A stretch of DNA of 63,963 nucleotides, filler included, from a bacterium (GTDB taxonomy: Bacteria > UBA9089 > CG2-30-40-21 > SBAY01), in NCBI GenBank assembly GCA_040757115.1. It is 6 parts of 6 records of this genome, joined end to end, with 100 filler letters (N's around TTAATTAATTAA, not from the genome) between each part and the next. Parts side by side here need not be neighbours in the genome. Positions count along the whole stretch, not along the records: positions 11,529 to 22,944 come from JBFLYA010000122.1; positions 23,045 to 34,203 come from JBFLYA010000124.1; 4 more parts are not named here. One strand, 5' to 3'. Shown here one piece after another: positions 20,501 through 30,086 of this stretch (position 1 is the stretch's first letter; each line of letters opens with the position of its first letter). The notes beneath the pieces were generated by a model. It searched no databases. It was not told the DNA's origin and saw nothing but the letters and a program-made list of their open reading frames with translations. The translations under genes and the position numbers were made by a program.

Positions 20501-21534
20501 CCCGAACAATTATCTCACCATTATCTTACTTTAGATTTGCAACATTATCTGTTACCTCAATCTATAGTGGTGGAACGGTAGCGGTGACGCTTACCGCTTG
20601 TGAGGCTGATGGTACACCAATTGATACCTTCAACGGCACAGTAATATTACAAGATAAGGTTGGTTACCTGCAAGAGATAATATTTAACGGCACAAGCACG
20701 AGAAATGTGGTTGTTACCATACCGCAATCGCCAAATGCTGGAACAGATACGATATTTGCTTACTTTGAGAATCAAATAAGAGGAACAAGCTCATCATTCT
20801 TAGTCCTCATAAATAAAGATACCGGTGGAACTGTAACGCTTACCACCGCTATTGGCACAAGGAGGGTTGAACTGGGAACATTTACCGAAGATTTTTACAT
20901 TACCATTAATCCCAGCCCGGCGGGCGTAAATATTCCAGAAAATGGACTTGCCACCTCTATTAGTGAAATTACTATGTATGGCACGGCGGGGAATTTACTC
21001 ACAGGTAGTTTATCCGTATATCTTGAAATCCCATATTTAGATGCTGACGAGGATGGTGTTGTAGATGGAACAGCAATAGATGAAGATAGTTTGAGGTTAC
21101 ATATCTTCCGCGATAATAACTGGTGGATAACTGATAATTCAGGTGTGGATACTACACGAAATGTAGTCTATGGCCAGGCTAATTCTCTTTCAATCTTCAT
21201 TCCTATTGGCACATCTGTTGCTCCGGAGACACTGGGGAAGGTCTCTGTTTATCCTAATCCATTCAAGCCAAATAGCGATTTAGGACATACACACATTACC
21301 TTTGGCGCCAAAAATGACTTAAGTCGAAGATTGACCAGGTATGCCACGATTAAGATATACGATATATCAGGAGAATTAATCAGAACATTAGAGGTAGTCC
21401 CGGGAGATAAGGGACAAAAGATATGGCTTGCAGATAACGATAGCGGTCAGAAGATAGCCAGTGGCATCTACATCTACCTCATTACCAATCCACAAGGGGA
21501 AAAATGTATCGGTAAACTGGCGATTGTTAGATAA
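11530..21534 (+). CDS. Giant surface protein (5'-partial): about 18 x 84-aa IPT/TIG-like repeats, about 10 DUF11-like domains, DPNDK domain, T9SS/FlgD-like C-terminal domain
   Basis: Frame is open back to the contig start (GTVGSKVTVFG..). PRIIEVNPSSG repeats; DL.I.K..P..Y.I.Y.N.GN domains; terminal VYPNPF..IKIYDISGELIR..ASGIYIY..GKLAIVR. Confidence 0.88.
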   Translation, partial: GTVGSKVTVFGNDFAGTEGIVISFGITPSIITSTTNASGTFTIVFTVNTQAGCGSVTIKVKGLKSNLEVMDKFMISGNISLITPNCGTVGSMVTVSGNGFGALESITIGFGINPAITVVSTNDYGTFSTVFTVDKQAGCGTVTVSAKGSHCEAFSKFVILPRIIEVNPSSGTVGTSVTVSGDGFGANEEIVIDFGVNPSITTTQTDGQGGFIVVFTVDKQAGCGTVTVSAKGSHCEAYSPFVILPRIIEVNPSSGTVGSSVTVSGDGFGANEKIVIDFGVNPSIATTQTDGQGGFSVIFTVDKQAGCGTVTVSAKGSHCEAFSKFVILPRIIEVNPSSGTVGTSVTVSGDGFGANEKIVIDFGVNPSIATTQTDGQGGFSVIFTVDKQAGCGTVTVSARGSHCEAYSPFVILPRIIEVNPSSGTVGTSVTVSGDGFGANEVIIIDFGVNPNIATTQTDGQGGFIVVFTVDKQAGCGTVTVSARGSHCEAYSPFVILPRIIAVNPSSGTVGTSVTVNGDGFGANEVIIIDFGVNPSIATTQTDGQGGFIVVFTVDKQAGCGTVTVSAKGSHCEAFSPFVILPRIIEVNPSSGTVGTSVTVNGDGFGANEVIIIDFGINPSIATTQTDGDGGFIVVFTVDKQAGCGTVTVSAKGSHCEAYSPFVILPRIIEVNPSSGTVGSSVTVSGDGFGANEVIIIDFGVNPSIATTQTDGDGGFSIVFTVDKQAGCGTVTVSAKGSHCEAYSPFVILPRIIAVNPSSGTVGTSVTVSGDGFGANEVIIIDFGINPSIATTQTDGKGGFIVVFTVDKQAGCGTVTVSARGSHCEAFSPFVILPRIIAVNPLSGTVGSSVTVSGDGFGANEEIVIDLGVNPNIATTQTDGKGGFIVVFTVDKQAGCGTVTVSARGSHCEAYSPFVILPRIIEVNPSSGTVGSSVTVNGDGFGANEVIIIDFGVNPSIATTQTDGKGGFIVVFTVDKQAGCGTVTVSARGSHCEAYSPFVILPRIIEVNPSSGTVGSSVTVNGDGFGANEEIVIDLGVNPNIATTQTDGKGGFIVVFTVDKQAGCGTVTVSARGSHCEAFSPFVILPGIIGVNPSSGTVGTSVTVNGDGFGANEVIIIDFGVNPSIAITQTDGQGGFIVVFTVDKQAGCGTVTVSARGSHCEAYSPFVILPRIIGVNPSSGTVGTSVTVNGDGFGANEVIIIDFGVNPSIATTQTDGQGGFSIVFTVDKQAGCGTVTVSARGSHCEAFSPFVILPRIIEVNPSSGTVGSSVTVSGDGFGANEVITIDFGVNPSIATTQTDGQGGFIVVFTVDKQAGCGTVTVSARGSHCEAYSPFVILPRIIEVNPSSGTVGSSVTVSGDGFGANEVIIIDFGVNPSIATTQTDGQGGFSVVFTVDKQAGCGTVTVSARGSHCEAYSPFVILPRIIEVNPSSGTIGTVITVSGNGFGSFDSIIIGFGRNPTITTTISDNWGVFSTSFTIDTQPSGTTTVKAKGTHCEAESSFLLIASDLWLKKSNPAGILRSGTLTYTISYGNKGNLAIGSVTITDLIGTSLGTLSHTYLWSNFGTPTIVDGYYFSWDIGTLTPGTTGILIFKIIPARQLPASSTIYNTVWITTTPEDFDTTNNIATCTTHILLIDLVISKYGPAKVISGKEMIYQINYDNCGNKAVGDVVICDTLPGSVTFVSSSVTPGTFTNGVLTWEIGTVTPWSHGSFTITVKVDDLDGSMTLTNVVKIISTSTVDNNPDNNQATWTTHVTKPILDLWIEKKGPQEIVSGDLITYQISYDNSGNTPAGNVIIKDVLPKFTNYATNTVLGTPTITYGTLTILEWNIGTVSPASYGYFELTVKTVKESEEVTNITNVIEISTSTIESNFANNRATWTTKLISKEIDLEIYKQSAKDEIPAGEEMMYYIKYRNLSNITVTGVMITDVLPGSVTFVSSTPVPSGTSAQGLIWNIGTISAGYEGYIDLKVRIGADIPASKTLTNVATITCDYKDGDITNNLATATTHVITPIANMVVRKYGIIEVAAGEEMEYQILYYNQGNATAKDVSMRDILPTGVTYATDTSGIKATVTGTEVSWNIGSVPPGTGSQFTMIVLVGTSTLGTLTNVVEIYQKGTLNSRATWTTQSYLAEVDLSIYKCSPEEVKPGEELSYWINYANNGNVEAGSVTINDILSEDVEFVNSSLGTPTTINNNKLTWNINTIPPGSHSSFILKVKVKDDVPGSTTLINVVEIAFVGTDTDYTNNRATVTTHVVVPAIDLMIRKFVPSSAAPAQILTYDISYRNIGNAQATNVIITDILPEGVQYATDTSGLPVDIQPGVITWQVGILPKSYLWKSFKMSVLVGDLPASTTLTNVIKIDGWGDEINPVNNQATVTTHITRPVTDLKIHKKGNKQVIAGDEIIYDIGYRNIGNIPALDVKIIDTLPAGVSYATDTSGFPLIITGNRLTWLVGTLASSGGGRFRLIADVHPEIQGSSSLTNLIEITSITNEENLSDNQSTWTTHVVPPIIDLRVYKWGPKKVTSGKKIKYRINYGNNGNVEVRNVHLIDTLPEGVDFVADDSGLPYTIIGREVKWEITSLPKHTHRTFILIGRVSGVAASSTLSNKIEITLLPQDIRPENNSFIVRTHVVDPRADLIIRKQGTGARPGHEKTYYITYWNDGTARADNLRIVDYLPREVIYVSSSPEASYDSINHTVSWNIPALEPDELGNCQIKVNVLTNLEPGTQLRNEVVITTTTPESNYKNNKDIDTEPIVSAVDPNDKLVSPQWYVGGGGELNYKIRFENVPVEYGTHAIDITITDNLDTIFDRSTLQWGEISVGEGTYTVENYNRGSLTYSYDQTTGLIRWEFKGINLMPNTTPPVGEGYVSFKVKATNTLSSGTEVRNKASIIFDFADPIETPTSTTVVDLNVPSSKVNTLSPYQTSTTFLVSWIGQDTVGTISYYTIYVSENNGSYTCWLNGTRAVSADFKGVYGNSYAFYSLAEDTVWQVESPPAQPDARTIISPLSYFRFATLSVTSIYSGGTVAVTLTACEADGTPIDTFNGTVILQDKVGYLQEIIFNGTSTRNVVVTIPQSPNAGTDTIFAYFENQIRGTSSSFLVLINKDTGGTVTLTTAIGTRRVELGTFTEDFYITINPSPAGVNIPENGLATSISEITMYGTAGNLLTGSLSVYLEIPYLDADEDGVVDGTAIDEDSLRLHIFRDNNWWITDNSGVDTTRNVVYGQANSLSIFIPIGTSVAPETLGKVSVYPNPFKPNSDLGHTHITFGAKNDLSRRLTRYATIKIYDISGELIRTLEVVPGDKGQKIWLADNDSGQKIASGIYIYLITNPQGEKCIGKLAIVR
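12010..15789 (+). repeat. 15 near-identical intragenic 252-bp tandem repeats
   Basis: Exact 252-nt periodicity, mirrored by antisense ORFs every 252 nt. Confidence 0.95.
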
Positions 21535-21574
21535 GTAATAACCGTTCAGCCGTGTCCATCAGATGGGACAATAT

Positions 21575-21690
21575 CAACTCAAAACTCAAATGTCAAAACT
21601 CAAAACCTTAAAACTAATAGATTCATTGAGATTTATTGCGACTGATGGAGAAGTCTTTAGTTTTAAGTTGTAGTTTTGAATTTTGCTTCA
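21575..21690. repeat. Heptamer inverted array (CAAAACT)n/(AGTTTTG)n
   Basis: caaaact caaatgt caaaact caaaacc ttaaaact ... agttttaagttgtagttttgaattttg; preceded by a TAACCGTTCAG end at 21539. Confidence 0.65.
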
Positions 21691-21747
21691 TTTTAATGTC
21701 CCATAGGGACAATATATCGGTAGAAAATTTATGGAAAGATGAATTAT

Positions 21748-21865
21748 ACTGGAGTTTCGTGAATTTTCTATGATTCCTTTCTCCTTTAATCTTTGCGTTC
21801 TTTGCGGTCGATTTCTTTGCGTTCTTTGCGATTAAAAAAGGATAAATCGCAAAGGGCACAAAGGG
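21748..21865. repeat. CGCAAAGAA 9-mer repeat element
   Basis: Reverse-complement copies at about 45571-45632 and 51960-52042 share gattaaa..aaggaatcata.aaaattcacgaaa..ccag. Confidence 0.75.
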
Positions 21866-22126
21866 AAGAAAATAAGTGAAGCATTTTTTATCAACTCAAC
21901 TTCAAAGGATAAGTTGCAAAAAAAATCATCAGGCTTTTGAGCCTAATTTTGCCATCTTTGAGCAAAATAAACAGATTGAGAAGGATTCAGATAGCCTCAA
22001 TGGCTCCTTAAATTAACGAAACTTCAGTTGACATCAAATTACAAAAAAATAATTTTTTTATCTTGAGATTTTTTAATTCTTGTGGTATAGTTTATATAAG
22101 CTAATAAATGGCTAAGAAGGAGAAAA

Positions 22127-22944
22127 ATGGTGAAAGTATTTAAAATTGCTTTATATTCCTTTATCCTTTGTTTCCTGCCTATTAGTTTAAATGCAACAGA
22201 TTTGACTTATCAAGCTAAAAAAATATCCACTCTTTCTAAACAAGTCCATAAATTATCATCTCAAATTGCCCCAGAAGGCATATTATCCCCGGAGGCAAAG
22301 AAGTTAACTAAGGTAATCGAAGATTTAGAGTTTTCCCTGAAGGCTACTCTAAAAGACATTAAATCTACCCCCCCCTCAATCAATCATCTAAAAAATCTAC
22401 AAATAAAGATAGCCAGTGTAATACCGCGATTAGATTTAATCGACAAAGATGTCCAGATAAAGTTTAAACAGATAGAACAATTAGTTCAGACAAAGGGGTT
22501 TGGTGAAGAAGTATTTGCCAGACATAAAAGTTATGTTAAAGAGTATGATGAGAAACTATCCAGGCTAAAGAGGTATCTAAATGGATTAATTAATCAAACT
22601 ACGGACATCGAACAACGGATTACGGAATTATTAAAGTACATAGAGACAGAGTTAAAGCTAGATAATGTATATCGTCCTGGTCCACAACCTGAACTACCCG
22701 AAAGGCGAATGCCACCTGCAGAGCGGAAATATGTGTCTATTGAGGAATTAGAGGGATATGAATCTGTTAAACCTCCTGAAGGAAAATTATTTACACAAGA
22801 GGAGTTAAACAAGGCACGAGAACAATTATCAACGATTAAAACTATACCTGAATTAACTGCACCTACAAAAGGTGATTTAGACGAGACACATGATATTCAG
22901 ATTACGCAGGAGATTCAGGATTTAGCTGCCAGTTTAGACCATAA
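22127..22944 (+). CDS. Secreted protein, 3'-partial; possibly the N-terminus of a large transglutaminase-like protein
   Basis: Signal peptide MVKVFKIALYSFILCFLPISLNA. Ends DLDETHDIQITQEIQDLAASLDH at the contig end, a motif I associate with the segment preceding transglutaminase-like domains. Confidence 0.6.
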
Positions 22945-23071
22945 NNNNNNNNNNNNNNNNNNNNNNNNNNNNNNNNNNNNNNNNNNNNTTAATTAATTAA
23001 NNNNNNNNNNNNNNNNNNNNNNNNNNNNNNNNNNNNNNNNNNNNCTGAACGGTTACTAATGGATTAGTGAA

Positions 23072-25876
23072 ATGGGGAAGATAATCGAGATTCCATTTAC
23101 AGAGAATCTTATTAAATTTATCGGCGAACAGATACTTGAAAAACAAAGGTATGATTATTCATCAACCGCTGTTGTATTTGCCCATCGCCGTCCAATTCTG
23201 TATCTTCGCCAGATGATGACGAAACAACTAAATCAGCCATTCTTTCCGCCAAAGATGTTCTCAATGGACGATTTTATCTCCTCTCTAACCTCACAAATCC
23301 TGCCTGATTTTACCCTCGTAAACAGACTGGATAGCATCTATCTGCTTTTTCAGGCAGTTACAAAACTCAACAAGAACCCCTGGGATAAACCGGGTTTTTC
23401 ATTTGCTCAATTTTTACCCTGGGGAATAAAGATTGAACGGGTAATCGAAGAAATTGACATTGAAATGGTTAAAGATGAAAACCTCAAGGGTATCCAGATA
23501 GAAGAACTATGGGAACCAAATGTTGTCCGCAATGCTGGTCTTTTAATGGGGCATCTTGCAGAGATTCGTAAAATTTATCATACCCTTCTTGATGAGCAAG
23601 GTCTGATAACTCGTGGTAGAAATTATGCACTGGCGGCGGAGAATATCGAAGAATTATCTCTTCCATTCAAAACCATCTATTTTGGTGGACTTTTTGCGAT
23701 GAGTCAGGCAGAGAAAACGATTATTCGCTATCTCCTCAAACAACCAGCCGTTACTTTTATCCGTCAGAACGATGAAATCCAATGGACACCATTTGAAGAA
23801 ATGAATGAATGGGTAGAAGAGATAGAGCACGGAACACAAAGCACACAACACAGAGCAGAGATATTTTTACATGAGGCATTTAACACTCACTCTGAGATAG
23901 TGGAATTAAGAGATATTATCACAGAAGACCGGTCTGAGTATGAAAAAACAGCCATTGTTTTACCTGACCCTGAACCGCTTATTCCTTTACTCTCTGAGGT
24001 AATGACTACCCTTGAGACAGACTATAATATCACGATGGGCTATCCAGCAGTCAGAACACCAATTTATGCCCTTTTAGACCTTTTTATAAAACTTCAGGAA
24101 ACAAGGCGAGATAACACTTATTATGTTGATGCCTATCTCTCCCTTCTAATGCATCCCTATATTAAAAACATTCAGCACCAACTTAAATCTACCCAGATGC
24201 GAATTCTGATTCATTCTATAGAGGAAATACTTCTGAACAAGGGGAAAATGTTTAATAGCCTTGATGAAATTGAGGAGGAGGCTGAAATATTTGAGCAGGC
24301 ACAGCGATTGACTGCAGGAGAGGTTACCACTGCGGATTTCAAAAATACCCTGATTGAGTGCCACGATATCTTTATCAGGAGAATGGATGGAATCAGGACT
24401 CTTGCCTCTCTGGCAGATTTTTTCGAGGGAATTCTCATCTATCTGGCAAAATTCAGCCCGGCTATTCACTATCCATTTTCTGGAGAGTTTTTCAATAGTT
24501 TTTTTCTTTTTCTGGACAAAATCAAAATCTCCATCCTCAAAGACGAAGAATTTAAAGATACTAATAACCTCATCAATCTCTTTCGTTATATTGTTAGAGA
24601 AGAGCAAATTGCATTTCAGGGAGAGCCGCTTAAAGGTCTGCAGATTATGGGGTTATTGGAAACACGGGCTTTAAATTTCGACAAAATCTTTTTATTAAAT
24701 GCCAACGAAGGTATTCTTCCAGCAAGTGAACCTTTTGATTCGCTTTTGCCACTTCCATTAAGGACTGCTCTGAAAATGCCACTTCACTATCACAATGAAG
24801 AAATCTACCGCTATCATTTCCATCATCTCGTCTCATCCAGTCGCCAGATTCATATCTTCTACTTGAAAACTGAAAAACAACTTCGCAGTCGGTTTGTTGA
24901 AAAATTAGTCTGGGAAGAAGAAAAAAGAAAGGGACAGATAGGAGTTTTGAAAGCAAGTCAGGTGGCATTAAATGTTTCGTTTCCTCGACGGCATAGGTTT
25001 GAGGTAGCTAAAAATCAGGAAATTCTCGATATTTTATATAAAATAAACCTTTCGGCGACTGACCTGGAATCTTATCTGGACTGCCCGGTTAAATTTTATT
25101 TCTCAAAGGTGCTAAGGCTTAAAGAAAAAGAGGAGATACCAGATGAACTCGAGGCTGAACGGATTGGAAATATTCTTCATCAGATATTGGAACGGCTTTA
25201 TCGCCCCCTTTGCGGCATAGGAATTCTGGGAGAAAAAGAGTATGTTGAACTTGAGAGAAATCTGTCTGGGGTAGTAGAATCTGTTTTTCTGGAGAATTTT
25301 GGCGAGATTCGAGGCGAACAGTATCTTCTTCAAGAGATAACTGTTGCCCGTTTAAAAAAATATATCCAATCAGAAAAGAAACATATTGGCAACTGCACAA
25401 TAATCTCTACTGAAGAAAATTTATCCTGTTCTTTTTCACTGGCTGATGGAATTAGTATTTGCCTGACTGGTCGTGCCGACCGTATCGACCATCTGGGAAA
25501 AGAATGGATGATAATTGATTACAAATCAGGGAATCTAAAAAGATTTAGACTATTTGATAAGATATTGAAATCCCGTGATGAGATGAAGAAGGAAATAGAG
25601 TCTCTTCAACTTCCTTTTTACGCCTTGCTTTATCAAAGGATGCATCATATCCTGCGCAGTGAAATAAATTCTAAACTGGTTTCTCTTCGTCTGGATGAAG
25701 AAAAACTCCTTTTTGATGAAAATGTTGACCGTGAGGAGTTTTTAGAGGAGATATTTCTTCCGACATTGAGGAATCTTATCGCGGAAATATTAAGTCCAGA
25801 TATTCCCTTTGTGGTCGATGGCAAGGAAGAAAGGTGCCGTTTTTGTCCTTTTCCAACCTTCTGCCGCAAGGGATGA
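23072..25876 (+). CDS. AddB/RexB-like PD-(D/E)XK nuclease with Fe-S cysteines
   Basis: GLQIMGLLETRAL.F, LSATDLESYLDCP, GRADRID..IIDYKSG, QL..Y, CRFCPFPTFC. Confidence 0.88.
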   Translation: MGKIIEIPFTENLIKFIGEQILEKQRYDYSSTAVVFAHRRPILYLRQMMTKQLNQPFFPPKMFSMDDFISSLTSQILPDFTLVNRLDSIYLLFQAVTKLNKNPWDKPGFSFAQFLPWGIKIERVIEEIDIEMVKDENLKGIQIEELWEPNVVRNAGLLMGHLAEIRKIYHTLLDEQGLITRGRNYALAAENIEELSLPFKTIYFGGLFAMSQAEKTIIRYLLKQPAVTFIRQNDEIQWTPFEEMNEWVEEIEHGTQSTQHRAEIFLHEAFNTHSEIVELRDIITEDRSEYEKTAIVLPDPEPLIPLLSEVMTTLETDYNITMGYPAVRTPIYALLDLFIKLQETRRDNTYYVDAYLSLLMHPYIKNIQHQLKSTQMRILIHSIEEILLNKGKMFNSLDEIEEEAEIFEQAQRLTAGEVTTADFKNTLIECHDIFIRRMDGIRTLASLADFFEGILIYLAKFSPAIHYPFSGEFFNSFFLFLDKIKISILKDEEFKDTNNLINLFRYIVREEQIAFQGEPLKGLQIMGLLETRALNFDKIFLLNANEGILPASEPFDSLLPLPLRTALKMPLHYHNEEIYRYHFHHLVSSSRQIHIFYLKTEKQLRSRFVEKLVWEEEKRKGQIGVLKASQVALNVSFPRRHRFEVAKNQEILDILYKINLSATDLESYLDCPVKFYFSKVLRLKEKEEIPDELEAERIGNILHQILERLYRPLCGIGILGEKEYVELERNLSGVVESVFLENFGEIRGEQYLLQEITVARLKKYIQSEKKHIGNCTIISTEENLSCSFSLADGISICLTGRADRIDHLGKEWMIIDYKSGNLKRFRLFDKILKSRDEMKKEIESLQLPFYALLYQRMHHILRSEINSKLVSLRLDEEKLLFDENVDREEFLEEIFLPTLRNLIAEILSPDIPFVVDGKEERCRFCPFPTFCRKG

Positions 25877-25909
25877 AATATGTTTTGACTGGTTATGAGG
25901 TAATCTACA

Positions 25910-28900
25910 ATGCCAATTTCAGTTTTGAATCCTTTTATTTCTTTAATTAAAAAATCACCTCAGTTTATTACCATTAGAAAAAATATCATCCAGGGCATAA
26001 AAAAACAATCTATTTCTGGGCTTTATGGCTCGGCAAAGGCATATTTCCTTGCCGCATTAAAAAATGAAGTCAATCGTCCATTCTTGATTATCCTGCCAGG
26101 CCAAACTGAAGCAGAAAGATTCTATACAGACCTCCAGGCTTTTTCAGAAAAAGAAGTCCTTTTTTTCCCGGATTTAGAAATCCTATCTACGGATGAAATA
26201 CCACCACACAAGGAATTAGTTGGTCAACGACTGGCTGTCTTAGATAGATTATTATCTGCAAAATCAGAAGATGTCATCATCGTTAGCCCCATTCGGGCTA
26301 TCCTTTATAAGACCTTTTCGCCCAATACCTTACAGCAGACAAAAATTTCCATCCAAACAAGTATTAGTCTTGATATTCTCCTTGATAAACTTATCCAGCA
26401 TGGATATTTGCGGGATGAGATGGTGGAAACAAAAGGCACATTTAGCCATCGCGGTGGAATTGTTGATGTTTATCCTGTCCATGCTGACCTTCCTGTCCGT
26501 ATTGAATTTTTTGGGGATGAAATTGAGTCTCTCCGCCAGTTCGATACCATTACCCAAAGGTCAGTGGCTTTTATTGACCAGGTAACTATCCTGCCTGTGC
26601 AAGAAAATATCAAGGAAAATGACGGCAGTATCTTTGATTACCTGTTAGAATCTTCTCTGGTCGTTCTGGATGACCCGGCTTATCTCCAGAATGAGGCTAA
26701 TCGGTTACAAAATGTAGGTAAATTCAATATTCAAGGTTTGACACAACCCCTTGTAACCTTTGAAGATGGTGGAGAATTTGAGTTTTTTACCCGACCTATT
26801 TTAGAATTTAAAAACAACATTGCCTTATTTATTGATGAATATAAAAATTGGCAGGAAGAAGGTAATCAGATTGTCGTCATTGCTGGATACAAAGGACAGG
26901 AAATGCGAATAAAGGAGTTATTGAAAGATGAGAATTTAATCATTACCTCGGCTGATATTAAACAGGGATTTCAATTTAGAGAAATTCAATTGGTTTTAGT
27001 TACCGATAAAGAGATTTTTGGCTATCAAGCACCAATCCAGCTACGAAGATTTGACCATTCAGACACTCTGCCTATTTCAACATTTACCGATCTTAAAATC
27101 GGTGATTATGTTGTCCATAATAATTTTGGCATAGGTAGATATGCTGGCATAACCACCCTTAAGGTAGAAGGGGTAAAAAAAGACCTGCTTTTGATTGAAT
27201 ATGCCCAGGGAGATAAACTTTATATTCCTTTAGACCAATTTGGGTTAGTCAATAAGTATATTGGAGATAAAGATAGACCTCCAAAAATATATCGTCTGGC
27301 AGATCCCACCTGGACACGGGTAAAGAACAAGGTCAAAAAGTCCCTTGAGTCAATTGCTAAGGAGTTAATTGAGTTGTATGCGGCAAGAAAATCATTGCCA
27401 GGATTTGCTTTTTCTAAAGATACTGATTGGCAATATGAATTTGAGGAAGGATTTATTTACGAGGAGACACCTGACCAACTCAAGGCAATTTCAGACATTA
27501 AAAAAGATATGGAAAATCCTCAACCAATGGACAGGTTAATTTGTGGTGATGTCGGATATGGAAAAACAGAGGTTGCTTTGAGAGGGGCATTTAAAGCCGT
27601 GCTAAATAGCAAGCAGGTCGCCGTCCTCGTTCCCACAACGATTTTAGCCTTTCAGCACTACAATACCTTTGTGCAAAGACTTGCTCCTTTCCCAATCAAG
27701 GTAGAGATGTTAAGTCGGTTCAAGACTAAAGCGCAACAACGAAAGATAATTGAGGGATTAAAAAACGGCCAGGTCGATATTTGTATTGGCACACATCGCC
27801 TGCTTCAAAAGGATATTGCCTTTCATAATTTAGGTCTTTTGGTGATTGATGAAGAACAACGATTTGGGGTAAAACATAAAGAAAAACTTAAAACATTACG
27901 CAAATTGGTTGATGTTCTGACATTGACCGCAACACCTATTCCCAGAACCTTGTATATGTCTTTATCTGGAGCCAGGGATATGAGTATTATCAATACCCCG
28001 CCTCCAGAACGATTACCGATAAAGACATTTATTTTGCCTTTTAATAAACAGGTGATTAGAGAAGCGGTTCTTCGTGAGATGGAGCGTGGCGGACAAATCT
28101 ATTTTGTTCATACTGAGGTGAAAACAATCTCTCGACTATCTTTGTCTTTAACCCAGATAGTTCCTGAGGCAAAAATTGCCATTGCCCATGGCCAGATGGA
28201 CGAACATGAACTTGAAAATATAATGTTAGAGTTTTTAAACCATAAATATGATGTCTTACTCTCCACCTCAATTATTGAATCAGGCATAGACATATCTACG
28301 GTCAATACGATTATTATTAATAATGCCCACCAGTTTGGTCTGGCACAACTTTATCAATTAAGGGGACGGGTTGGTCGGTCAAAACATATGGCTTATGCCT
28401 ATCTTTTTTATCCAACAGAATTTATGGTCTCCGAGATGGCTAAAGAAAGATTGGAGGCAATACGCGAATTTTCAGATTTAGGTTCTGGATTTAAAGTGGC
28501 AATGCGCGACCTGGAAATACGCGGGGCAGGCAATATCCTTGGTGCTGAACAACACGGCAATTTACTTGAAGTCGGATTTGATTTATATTGTAAATTACTT
28601 CAGGAGGCAGTCGCCAGGGTAAAAGGAGAAAAAATCGTAGATGAGACCTTGCCAGGTATAGATTTACCCTGTGATACTTATATCCCGGAAGAATATATTA
28701 AAGATATTACTCAACGATATGCCGTCTATAAAAAACTGTCATCCTGTAAAGACTTTAATGCCTTACAAGAAGTTAAAGAAGAATTGGCGGATAGATACGG
28801 GAAAATCCCAATGCCTGTCCAGAGGCTTTTAGAGCTTTTCCAGATGCGGTTGATGGCAAAAAAAGTCGGTATTACCTCCTTGAGTATCTCTAAAGGATAT

Positions 28901-29083
28901 ATGACCATTGAATTACCGTCGGATGAAAAATTAATCCCAAATGTTCTTTCTTTAGTCACTACCTTTCCTGAATATTTAACACTAAATCCAAGAAAAACTA
29001 ATTGCTTGATTTTAAAATGGGGTAAAGATGAGGAAAAGAGTATTTCGTTTTTGAGAAAGGTATTGGAGAAATTGGAAGTGTAG
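25910..29083 (+). CDS. mfd: Transcription-repair coupling factor
   Basis: UvrB-like N-terminus, [46 protein letters not shown]. Confidence 0.97.
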   Translation: MPISVLNPFISLIKKSPQFITIRKNIIQGIKKQSISGLYGSAKAYFLAALKNEVNRPFLIILPGQTEAERFYTDLQAFSEKEVLFFPDLEILSTDEIPPHKELVGQRLAVLDRLLSAKSEDVIIVSPIRAILYKTFSPNTLQQTKISIQTSISLDILLDKLIQHGYLRDEMVETKGTFSHRGGIVDVYPVHADLPVRIEFFGDEIESLRQFDTITQRSVAFIDQVTILPVQENIKENDGSIFDYLLESSLVVLDDPAYLQNEANRLQNVGKFNIQGLTQPLVTFEDGGEFEFFTRPILEFKNNIALFIDEYKNWQEEGNQIVVIAGYKGQEMRIKELLKDENLIITSADIKQGFQFREIQLVLVTDKEIFGYQAPIQLRRFDHSDTLPISTFTDLKIGDYVVHNNFGIGRYAGITTLKVEGVKKDLLLIEYAQGDKLYIPLDQFGLVNKYIGDKDRPPKIYRLADPTWTRVKNKVKKSLESIAKELIELYAARKSLPGFAFSKDTDWQYEFEEGFIYEETPDQLKAISDIKKDMENPQPMDRLICGDVGYGKTEVALRGAFKAVLNSKQVAVLVPTTILAFQHYNTFVQRLAPFPIKVEMLSRFKTKAQQRKIIEGLKNGQVDICIGTHRLLQKDIAFHNLGLLVIDEEQRFGVKHKEKLKTLRKLVDVLTLTATPIPRTLYMSLSGARDMSIINTPPPERLPIKTFILPFNKQVIREAVLREMERGGQIYFVHTEVKTISRLSLSLTQIVPEAKIAIAHGQMDEHELENIMLEFLNHKYDVLLSTSIIESGIDISTVNTIIINNAHQFGLAQLYQLRGRVGRSKHMAYAYLFYPTEFMVSEMAKERLEAIREFSDLGSGFKVAMRDLEIRGAGNILGAEQHGNLLEVGFDLYCKLLQEAVARVKGEKIVDETLPGIDLPCDTYIPEEYIKDITQRYAVYKKLSSCKDFNALQEVKEELADRYGKIPMPVQRLLELFQMRLMAKKVGITSLSISKGYMTIELPSDEKLIPNVLSLVTTFPEYLTLNPRKTNCLILKWGKDEEKSISFLRKVLEKLEV

Positions 29084-29089
29084 GACGCA

Positions 29090-29513
29090 AGATTTCGACC
29101 TCTGCAGTTAAAATAAACCACGAAGGGCACGAAGACCACGAAGAAAAAATATTGTAACTATTCAGTAATTATTCAGCCACAGATTAACACGGATAAATAG
29201 CAGAGGACAGAGGGCAGAAGGCAGAAGGCAGAGGGCAGAGGACAGAGGGCAGAAGGCAGAGGGCAGAGGACAGAGGGCAGAAGGCAGAAGACAGAGGGCA
29301 GAGGACAGAGGGCAGAGGACAACAGGAGAAAAACCCTTTAGCCTAATTACGGACACGGATACCGGACACGATTCACGAATTTTCCGTGTTTCATCCGTGT
29401 CCATCTGTGGCTGAATAGTTACGATTTGGTTTATAATTCTTCGTGCCCTTCGTGTTCTTCGTGGTTTTAAAAGATGTGAGGAAAGTTAATCTAACCGCAC
29501 AGGTGGAAAATTT
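29090..29513. repeat. Three-layer nested inverted repeats enclosing about 17 CAGARGR heptamers
   Basis: Pairs 29090-29110/29491-29513, 29115-29145/29437-29468 and 29154-29194/29393-29422; tandem array 29201-29320. Confidence 0.85.
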
Positions 29514-30086
29514 GTGTGGAGCAACGCCAACACACAATTCTGGGTTGAACTAACACAATGGAGTATTATTTGGAATTTGAATAAAAGGCTATTTTGGATT
29601 TGGTAGGTTTAGTTGTCTATTTTTGAGACTTCTATAGTTCGCTTTAATCCAGGTGTGAATGATTTTAAGCCGCATAAAGGGAATATTATCGGTTTTTGTT
29701 TCCCTATTTACAAATTTACATATTACTTAATTAAGTAATATACCTAAAAAGAAAATTCATTATTATCAGATAGTTACAAACCTATTACTTAAAAATTGGG
29801 AAGTTACGGATCAAGATAAAATAATTTACATACGGGGGTGGCTATCATGCTCCCGATGAGTACAATTTTTATAGGTCGCTGTCCCTGTTTTTGTCCTTAT
29901 CAACATCATCTCTTTTTTATCCCGCAAGGAATCCTATAGAGCCTCTGGCGTCCTGGCGACCTCAAGGGATAGGTGTGCCCTCTTACGAAAAACTAAACAT
30001 ATACAATTCCTACTGTTTGGGTTTTTTCGGCTGATTGTTCTCGATACGATGTTGAAAAAGCAAGTTTTTATCAGCAAAATACAAAA

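Noticed and set aside
21623-21859. 78-aa ORF, and similarly 36909-37121 and 51802-52005
   Set aside because: These lie within non-coding repeats, MITEs or N gaps.
29162-29404. 80-aa ORF with LCPLSSA repeats
   Set aside because: Translation of the heptamer array; no RBS or protein-like context.
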